64,000 bases of DNA from NCBI GenBank assembly GCA_963823665.1, contig CAWGMQ010000010.1, forward strand, positions 1,152,001-1,216,000. Reading direction: 5' to 3'. The DNA comes from an uncultured Planctomycetota bacterium. GTDB lineage: Bacteria > Planctomycetota > Planctomycetia > Isosphaerales > Isosphaeraceae. The notes under the pieces are model-generated. The model did no database searches. It had not been told where the DNA came from and worked only from the letters and a program-made list of their open reading frames with translations. The position numbers and the translations under genes are program-made. Positions 55,761-64,000 of this stretch are shown piece by piece (the stretch's first letter is position 1; the number at the start of each line of letters is the position of its first letter).

Positions 55761-56255
55761 ATGAGCAAAACCTCGAATCCACATCATGATGTCTTTCTCT
55801 CGCACAATTCGCTAGACAAACCGACCGTCGAGGACCTAGGAGGGCGGTTGCTCGATGCCGGGATCACCCCCTGGTTCGACAAGTGGAACCTCGTCCCAGG
55901 CGAGCCCTGGCAGCGCGAGATCGAGAAGGCGTTGATGAGCTGCGCTGCGTGCGCGGTAATCATTGGTAAGGACCCTCTCGGTCCCTGGCATCACGAGGAG
56001 ATGCGAGCGGCGATTGCGCGGCAAGTGACGGACCGTCAGCGCAGGTTGCGGGTGATCCCGGTGCTGCTGCCCGGGGCGGGCAAGCCCGATGTAGATCGCA
56101 TGCCCCCCTTCCTGGCCAGGAACACTTGGGTCGAGTTCCGTGACTCGCTCGACGATCCTGAGGCGTTCCATCGGCTGGTCTGCGGCATCAAGGGGCTCCC
56201 GCCTGGCCCCGGCCCTCGCCCGAACCGGAGCTGTGCCCCGGGGAGCCGTCGCTAA
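55761..56255 (+). CDS. Stand-alone TIR (TIR_2) domain protein
   Basis: DVFLSHNSLDK, WFDKWNLVPGEPW, GPWHHEEM, RVIPVLLPG. Confidence 0.88.
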   Translation: MSKTSNPHHDVFLSHNSLDKPTVEDLGGRLLDAGITPWFDKWNLVPGEPWQREIEKALMSCAACAVIIGKDPLGPWHHEEMRAAIARQVTDRQRRLRVIPVLLPGAGKPDVDRMPPFLARNTWVEFRDSLDDPEAFHRLVCGIKGLPPGPGPRPNRSCAPGSRR

Positions 56256-56301
56256 TCGAGCCGCCACTCATCTTCTCACCGTGGTCCGCCAGGATACGAT
56301 C

Positions 56302-59300
56302 ATGGCCGGCATCCGCTATCATGTCTTCCTGTCGTATAACGAGCAGCACCGACTGGCGGTCGAGGAGCTGGCCCGGTGGCTGGTGCGCGAAGGTCTGACG
56401 CCGTTCTTCGACTGGTGGGACCTGATCCCTGGCGAGCCGAGACAGGAAACCCTGGAGCGTGCCCTGATCGCCAGCGCCAGTTGCGCCGTGGTGCTGGGCG
56501 CCGGTGAGGATGGCATTGGCCCCTGGCAGGAAGTCCAGCTGAGGACAGCCATCGACCGGCAGGTGCGCGAGCGGGCCGGAGGCTTCCGGGTAATCCCGGT
56601 GCTGCTACCCGGGGCCGAGTGGTCGGAGGACAGGTTGCCGGAGGCTCTGAAGCGGTATGAGCATGTCGCGTTCGACCAGATGCTCGACGATGCGGAGGCG
56701 CTGCGCCGACTCGCCTGTGGCATCCGAGGCCAACCGCCCGGCCCGCGGCCCGGCGCTGCGATCGTTCCGGGTGTCAAGCCCTACCGGGGCCTGCGGGTGT
56801 TCGAGGAACAGCACGCGGCCCTGTTCTTCGGCCGCGAGCGCCTGACGCGAGAACTCGTCGAGCTGCTACAGGAGCCGGCCGTCGGGGGCCTCGGCGAGCG
56901 TCTGCTGGCAGTGCTGGGGCCGTCGGGCAGCGGCAAGTCGTCGGTGGTGCGCGCTGGTCTGGTTCCGGCGCTGCGGCAGGGGGCGTTGGAGGGGAGCGCT
57001 TCCTGGCCCGTGGCGGTCGTCAAGCCGGGCGCCCGGCCGCTGGAGAGCCTGGCGGTCGCGCTTGAAACCCTCGGCCGGAAGGAGAGTCCCCCGGTCTCGG
57101 CCTACGACCGCGTGGCTCAGCTACAGGATGGCGCTCGCTCGTTGCACGTCGCCGCGCGGCTGATCCTGGGTGAGCCTCCCCGCGCCGCGCGGCTGCTCGT
57201 AATCGTCGACCAGTTCGAGGAGATCTTCACCCTGTGCACGAGCGCTGATCTCCGCACGGGCCTGATCGACAACCTGCTCGGTGCCGTCGCCGAGCCCGGC
57301 GGCCCGGTGGTCGTCGTGCTCGCGCTGCGGGCCGATTTCTACGGCCACTGCGCCGGATACCGTGGCCTGGCCGACCTGATGGCACGGCGGCAGAAGCTGG
57401 TCGGCGCGATGAACCCCGAGGAACTGCGGTGGGCGATCGAGAAGCCGGCTCGGCGCTGCGGCGGCACGGTAGATCCGGGCCTGGTCGAGTTGCTGCTCCA
57501 TGACACCCTAGGGCGCATCGACCATCAGTCGGGTTCGGAGAGGCCAGGGGAGGACTCGACCGAGGATTCCGCAATATCGTCGGCGCAGCCGGGCCATCTG
57601 CCGCTCCTTGAGTTCGCCCTGAGCGAGTTGTGGGAGCGGCGAGCGGGAAGCCCGCTGACCACCGCCGCATACCGGGAGATTGGTGGGCTCGTCGGAGCCC
57701 TGGAGCGGCATGCCGACGCCGTCTTGGCGCAACTGGGCCGGGAGGATCCCGCTAACGAGATGATCTGCCGTCGGATCTTCTTGAGCTTGGTTCATCCCGG
57801 GCAGGGCACCGTGGACACCCGGAGGAGCGCCGCCTACCTGGCCCTGGCCACAAATACCAGGGCCGAGCAGGTCGTCCGGACTCTGATCGATGCGCGCCTG
57901 CTGACGGCCGACGACGCGGAGCAGTCGTCTGCTACCGTCGATCTTGCCCATGAGGCACTGATCCAGTATTGGACCGAGCTGCGCCGGTGGATTGTCGCCG
58001 AGCGTGATGATCTGTTCGCGCGCGACCGTTTGGCGGACGACGCGATTGAATGGGCGACGAAGCGCGCTCGCCGACCCGACTATCTCTACGAAGGTGGCCG
58101 GCTGGCCCTGGCCCTCGAATGGGCCGACAAACATCCGGACGAAGCTCGCCACACCGAGCACGTCGGCGAGTTCCTCGCCTCCAGCCGCGAGGCAGAACGA
58201 CGCCACAAGCAAGACAAACTCGATCAGGAACGTCGCTTGGCCGATGCCGAGCGTCGGCGGGCCGAGGAGGCCGAGGCTGCGACCAGCCACCAGAAGAAGC
58301 TCCGTCAGCGATTCCAGGTCGCGGCAGCGGTCGCCCTCCTTCTTGCCCTTGCCGCGGGGTTGCAGACCTGGCGGGCGAATCGAGCGAGCGAAACAGCCAG
58401 AAGTGCTGCCAAGAAGGAAACGGAAGCGCGCAAGCAAGCGGAAATGAGTGCGACCTTGGCGGGGGCCAAGGCGGAACTTGCCAAGGAGAACGAGGAGCGG
58501 GCGACGACCCAGGCCAGTATCGCGAAGTCGCGAGAACTCGCCGCCTACTCCGAGGCGCAGCGAGATAAGCAACCAGACAGGTCGCTCCTCCTGGCGGTCG
58601 AAGCCCTCCAGTCCGCGATCACTCTCGAGGCACGCAATAGTCTCTTAAATGGCTTGCAATCCAAATCAAAGCCCGGACTCACATCGTTCCTTCCTGCCGG
58701 CTGTGAGGTTACGAGCGTAGCCTTCAGCCCCGACGGCAAGATCCTGGCCGGCGGATACGCGGTTGGCGGCTTATACAATGAGGGTGGCGTGGTGCTGTGG
58801 GATGTCGCGGGGCGGAAGCGCCTGGTCTACTGGCCGATAGATGTGCCCAGGGGTCGCGTCTCCAGCGTGGCCTTCAGTGCGGACGGCAAAGTCCTAGCCG
58901 TTGCATCCTATGACGGCGTACGAGTGCAAAACGTTGCCGACTGGAGACGCCTGGCCGAGCGCCGCTGAGTGAGCGCCCGCTACCCGTGCCTCAGATTTTT
59001 CGGTGGGGGATGGCCTTCGAGAGCGTGGCCTTCAGCCCCGACGGTAAGGCCCTGGCCGGAGGCGGTTCGTTCGAGGACTATGTAATTCTGTGGAACGCCG
59101 CCGGCTCCAAGATTCTCGCCACCCTCCCAACGTATTTTGGCAGCATTACGGACGTAGCATTTAGCCCCGACAGCAAGATCCTGGCCGCCGGATTCACCAC
59201 CGACAAAGTCGGCGGCGTGGTGCTATGGGATGTGGCCGGGAGGAAGCGCCTGGTCGAGGACCCGCTGGACGTGGTGGAAGGCTTGGTCGAGCAGGTGGCC

Positions 59301-59831
59301 TTCAGCCCCGACGGCAAGATCCTGGCCGTCGGATACATGCACGGTATCGACGGCGGCGTGGTGCTATGGGATGTGGCCGGGCGGAAGCGCCTGGTGGAGC
59401 GCCCGCTGGCCGTGATCGAGGGAAACGTCTGGAGCGTGGCCTTCAGCCCCGACGGTAAAGCTCTGGCCGCCGGGTTCACCAACGGCAAGGTCGGCGGCGT
59501 GGTGCTGTGGGATGTGGTCGGGCTGAAGCGCCTGGTGGAGCGCCCGCTGGCCGTGGCCGAGGGCCGCATTTCGAGCGTGGCCTTCAGTCCGGATGGCAAG
59601 ACCCTAGGCGTCGGAATCATACCCGGTCTCTTCGACGAGTCTGATGGCGGCGTAGTGTTGTGGGACATCGATCTCCAATCCTGGATGCATCACGCCGGCC
59701 GCATCGCCAATCGGAACTTCACCCGCGACGAATGGCGTGAGTATTTTCCCGGCCAGCCCTACCGCCCGACGTTCCCCGACCTTCCCGTCCCGCCGGAGGT
59801 TCCTTCTCAAGCGGGAGAAACACGCCCATGA
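56302..59831 (+). CDS. TIR-nSTAND1 NTPase-TM-WD40 NLR-like protein, frameshift near 58965
   Basis: HVFLSYN TIR; PYRGLRVF..FFGRE; GPSGSGKSS; IVDQFEEIF; LPLLEFAL; HEALI..W; WD40 repeats; RNFTRDEWREYF end. Confidence 0.9.
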
Positions 59832-60077
59832 AATGCCTTGACTGTGGTTCAAGAATAAGGAAGCTTGGATCGTTGCTCCCTGTGGCGTTGTGATCGAATC
59901 GTACGCTCGCCCCGGCGAGCTGGGACGGCCGAGCGCGCGATAATAGTCACAATGTGCCGTTATCGCGCGCTTGACCCGTGAGATCCGATCGCCGGGCCTG
60001 GTGGCGATGTGGCCCCACAACACATGCGCGAAAAATCCATATCTGATCAATTCTAGGGTTAAGGGGGGAGGCAGACA

Positions 60078-60195
60078 TTGCGCCAGGAAGCTCGGAAAAG
60101 GAGGATCACCTCAAATGTGAAACCTTTTATGGGAACTCTGCGGGTAACCAATCCCGTCCGGCAAAGCTGGACCAGCAGCCGGAAGCGAGCCGCCA
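60078..60195 (+). mobile_element. Probable group II intron 5' (domain I) fragment, no RT
   Basis: Starts TTGCGCCAGGAAG; GAAACCTTT..GGAACTCTGCGGGTAACCAATCCCGTCCGG..CCAGCAGCCGGAAGCGAG resembles bacterial group II intron 5' ends (recalled, not searched). Confidence 0.5.
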
Positions 60196-60489
60196 TGCGG
60201 GAATGACATGCATGCATAAATGGGCGTACGCTCTACGGACCCTTCGGGAGAGGTTCGTAGTCTGAACATGCATCGAGTGAATGGGCCGTCGACCATTGAA
60301 CAACCAGGGATCACTCTCTGACGTGTTTACGTGATCACGTCTCGTCATACTGGTGCATCAGGGGAGTGATCCCATGTCGCCTTATCAGACGTTGGTGATC
60401 CGACAGAGCGCCTGGCTCGCTTTAGGCTTTGCGCCTGAGTCTTGTCGAAGGCGTTGTATGATCCCTGGTCGACTCGGCTCGATCTGGCC

Positions 60490-61705
60490 TCACTCCCCTG
60501 ACGATTGTGATTTTACCGCATGGAACCCCCACTGGATCAAGATGTCGAGCAGGATGTCGCCAAGCGAACAAGGGCCGTGTGTTTGCACACACCTGGCGTT
60601 CGACTTGCGCTTGACGACCCGCCACCATGTGGTAGGCAATCCGGCAGAACCGGCACGCCACGCGCACCCGCACGGCTCGCGGATCCCGCCCGGCCGCACT
60701 CCACATCTTTCCCAGAGCCTTGAAGTACGCGTTGCAAACGACCAAGTTGTCGGCGATCAGCATGATGGCGTTACGAAGCGTGCGGTTAGCGCTGCTGACT
60801 AAAGGACCGTTCGCATGGTCGACCTGATCGCTCTGGTATCGCGAGGGATAAAGCCCTGCTCGACCGGTAATCGACCGCGGTGTTGCGTAGTTCGATATCG
60901 GCCCCGCCTCGCCCGCGAACTCTCCCGCCGAGACCACATTGATCCCGGGAATACCCATGAGCAGGACATAGGGTGTCGTTGCCAGCAGTCCGGCGATCTC
61001 TTGCTCCAACCGGGCAATCCCGCATCCTTTGGCTTGCCGGTCATCGTCGAGTTCGGTCCAGATCCGTTGGTGGATGTCGGCGTGATCGAGACTCTCCGCG
61101 GCGCGAGCGGCCCAGGCGATGAGCTTGTGAAGACTGCGCTGGAACGGGACATTGCCCTGCTGGAGGATCTTCGTCAGGCCCGCGATGCCAGTCTGGCTGA
61201 GGACGCTGGCCGATCCCGTGTGTCTGGCGATCAAGAGGACGATATTGCTCTCGAACTGGCATCGAAGCAACGCGCATAGCCTTGCAAAATGATATCGAGA
61301 TGCTCTTGGATCTGAAAAATCAGCACATCACCCTTGCGGACCAAATCACGGCGGTGACGGACCAAGAGTTGTAGCTGGGCGTAGGGGGGTTCGAGGGGTC
61401 GCTCGATCAGGCCAAAGCCGTTGACCGTCGCGCGGTGCTGAGCGAGCAGGTCGGTGTCATCGGTCTTGTTCCCGTCATCCGCCGGCTGTCGGAAGTGTTT
61501 GGTGGTGCGACCGTGGATGGTGCGAGTTTCGAAACCCGCCTTCTCGAACATTCTCTTGGGGCGGACGTGATAGTTGCCCGTGCGCTCGACCGACACAGTC
61601 GAATCACGGATCTTGTGTTTACTGATGGCCTCCTTCAACACCCGCAGCGACGCATCGAAGCCAGGGCGCGTGTGTTCGAGCATCGTTTTGGGCACGAGCA
61701 CCTTG
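60490..61705 (-). pseudogene. IS110-family transposase remnant (5'-truncated, frameshifted, internal deletion)
   Basis: VSVERTGNYH, NKTDDTDL, GIPGINVVSA, AGLYPSRYQS, NRTLRNAI. Confidence 0.88.
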
Positions 61706-62062
61706 CATCAGATATGGGGAACTCCGTCGTCGCGGTCCAGCTTCCGCCACGGCCATCGGGGATAGCGGGAGCTTTTTTGTATTCGTCCCAGCTCATCCTG
61801 TGGTAAAAATCAGGAGACGGAAAAAACATATGAAGACTTATTGATCTTAATTAGGTTCTCACTGTATTGACCATCAAAGGTCGCGCTCGACGGACTTGCA
61901 AAGCTCAGCAACTTTTGCGGATTCAAACCGCGCCCATGTGCGCCGCTCATTTCTCACCCGGAGCTTGTTGTCGAAAACCATGACTTTGACGAGCAGCATG
62001 TTTACCTCCCGGCTCTACCCGGGGCTGGCGACGGAAATTCGATGGTCCGAACGGAGGGCGCG

Positions 62063-64000
62063 ATGGCACCGCGCGGGCCGCGGCTGTTGGATGCGATGAT
62101 CGTGGTCGGCGCGATGGCCATCGTGCTCGCACAGATTCGTGGGGAATACTTCTTGCTTTGGCTACACGTTTGGTTTTCTCATTGTGTGGTATGGGCGACG
62201 CTCTCGGCGCCCATTGTTCTCTTCGGGCGCGAGCGGGTTCGATGGAACTTCTCGGACCTTCTGGCGTTCCTCATCCCGTTTGGAATCTGGCTCGCGCTCA
62301 TGAACCACTCTGATGAGGGCAAAAGCTTGTCGAACCTTGCTGAGGCATTCTATTTCAGCTTCGCGATTCCGGTTGCTGCGTTGATCCGTGTCGTCGTGGG
62401 GGGCCGTTTCGACGAGAGGGTCTGCTCGATCACGCTGGTCGGCATCTTGAGCCTTGTTGCCGCCGGCGTGTATCGGTGGATGCCGGCGCCTTCTCACGCG
62501 CGGGGCGTACCTCCGATCCGGCGACCGGTTTTGGAACCGCAAGTGCGCTCGCCGACGGAGGAGCCTTTGGCCCGCGCGTATGATCGGGCCGTCGTACCGC
62601 GCTTCGCCGAGCGCGATTCCGTCGAATTAAGCGTGGTGGATGACGAGACAAGTCGGCACATCGCGGAGGCCGACGTCAGAATCAGCAATCAGATCGATTT
62701 TCGGACTCATGTGCTTCGAACGGGGCCGCGCGGTCGTCTCCGCGTCGAGTATCCATCGCTGCACGGAAAGCCGTTGCTCAACGTCGAGGTCCGGAAAGAC
62801 GGCTACGTGCCAGTCGGACATGGTTGGGGATTCGAGGGCAGTCCGGGTCCGCCCGAGTCGTGGACCTTCCGGCTTCGGCGCGGCACCACGATGGGCGGCA
62901 TTGTCGTGGCCGAGGCCGAACGGCCCGTGGAAGGCGTGACGGTGCTGCTCACCGTCACTCGATACGGCGCTGGAGCCCGCCCTGCCAATTCGACTGCCTC
63001 TGAGTATTATCGCGACATCCCTTCGCGCACGGGGCCCGATGGGCGCTGGCGAACAGACAGCGTGCCGCCTGGCGCCGACGGGGTCAAGCTTCGATTGATT
63101 CATCCGGACTTTGTGAGCGATGGAATGCCGAGCCGCGATTCGCCGGCGCGCTCGCCGCGCACGGCAGCGCTCCGGGAGCAATCGGATCGTCAGGTCCTTC
63201 TCAGGGGTTCGGTGCTGAAAGGCCGGGTGATCGACGAGATGGGGCGACCGATCGGGGGCACCCGGATCGATGATGCGACCAGACTCTTCGGATCCTCGGA
63301 ACCCTACTGGTGCCGTATCTCCGATGCCAAGGGTAATTTTTCGATCCATCTACCTCGCGGCAAGAGTTTTTTGCTGACCGCGGCAGCGGCTGGTTTTGCG
63401 CCCGGGATGCAGGTCGTGACTCCCGACGCGGACCAGCCCATCATCACGTTCCAACTCTCGCGAGGAAAGGCGCTCCGCGGTCGTGTCGTTGATCCAGCGG
63501 GCCATCCCATCGAGGGGGTCCGGGTTTACGGCGAGATATTGCTGGCGACTACGCCCCTGACTTTCCATGCGTGGACGAACGAAGAGGGCCAGTTCGAATG
63601 GACGGATGCTCCCGCCGAGGCCGTGGACTTCCGGTTCGCGGCGCAAGGCTTTATCGACGACGACAGGACCCATCTGCTCACGGCCGGCGACGGTGTGGCC
63701 GAGATCACTCTGCGGCCCGCGGTTGACTTTCAGATCGTCGCGATCGATGCGCAGACTCGGGAGGCCATACCGAGATTCCGGATCCAGATCGGCACTCATG
63801 ACCCCGCGACGAACGACTGGCGCTGGGGACCGCGCATGGGTCGGTCTCCCCCGAAGGGATTTCAGATCTTGCTGGAGGCTGAGAGAGGCCCATATCAATT
63901 TCAAGTCAGCGCCGACGGTTACCTGCCGGCGCGGATTCTCGTGCCGAGGGAGCGAACGGTGATGCGGGGCGTTATCCCGCTTGAAAAGGCAGCGAGATGA
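62063..64000 (+). CDS. Membrane protein with carboxypeptidase-regulatory-like (Ig) domains
   Basis: N-terminal TM helices; repeated GRVVD..G.PI.G and T..EG.F motifs; stop at the window end. Confidence 0.8.
   Translation: MAPRGPRLLDAMIVVGAMAIVLAQIRGEYFLLWLHVWFSHCVVWATLSAPIVLFGRERVRWNFSDLLAFLIPFGIWLALMNHSDEGKSLSNLAEAFYFSFAIPVAALIRVVVGGRFDERVCSITLVGILSLVAAGVYRWMPAPSHARGVPPIRRPVLEPQVRSPTEEPLARAYDRAVVPRFAERDSVELSVVDDETSRHIAEADVRISNQIDFRTHVLRTGPRGRLRVEYPSLHGKPLLNVEVRKDGYVPVGHGWGFEGSPGPPESWTFRLRRGTTMGGIVVAEAERPVEGVTVLLTVTRYGAGARPANSTASEYYRDIPSRTGPDGRWRTDSVPPGADGVKLRLIHPDFVSDGMPSRDSPARSPRTAALREQSDRQVLLRGSVLKGRVIDEMGRPIGGTRIDDATRLFGSSEPYWCRISDAKGNFSIHLPRGKSFLLTAAAAGFAPGMQVVTPDADQPIITFQLSRGKALRGRVVDPAGHPIEGVRVYGEILLATTPLTFHAWTNEEGQFEWTDAPAEAVDFRFAAQGFIDDDRTHLLTAGDGVAEITLRPAVDFQIVAIDAQTREAIPRFRIQIGTHDPATNDWRWGPRMGRSPPKGFQILLEAERGPYQFQVSADGYLPARILVPRERTVMRGVIPLEKAAR

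Overview
GC-rich bacterial DNA with a gene repertoire typical of Planctomycetota, probably Isosphaeraceae-like (inferred from ECF sigma/Ser-Thr kinase pairs and secreted proteins with 'LExRxLL' leaders). It holds 4 Ser/Thr kinases (WD40/TPR), 5 ECF sigma genes, 5 large secreted proteins, a RAYT/IS200-like transposase, an IS110 remnant and a probable group II intron 5' fragment. Three loci stand out. (1) A fwdD-fwdB-fwdA-fwdC formylmethanofuran dehydrogenase operon. Its fwdB has an in-frame TGA exactly at the Mo/W-ligand Cys position, followed by a SECIS-like hairpin, so it is a probable selenoenzyme rather than the redox-dead Fhc usual in bacteria. (2) A tRNA-Ala(TGC) gene with two downstream copies of its 3' end. 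These delimit two small integrase-less islets carrying HNH/HEPN-like cargo and a three-gene operon (Gp49/Acb4-like protein, unknown protein, HTH) behind a promoter with a palindromic operator, an acr-aca-like anti-defence layout. (3) A stand-alone TIR gene keeping the catalytic Glu, next to a TIR(E>Q)-nSTAND1-WD40 NLR-like gene. Many long genes carry single-base frameshifts, probably sequencing errors. All family assignments are from motif recognition by eye, not database searches.
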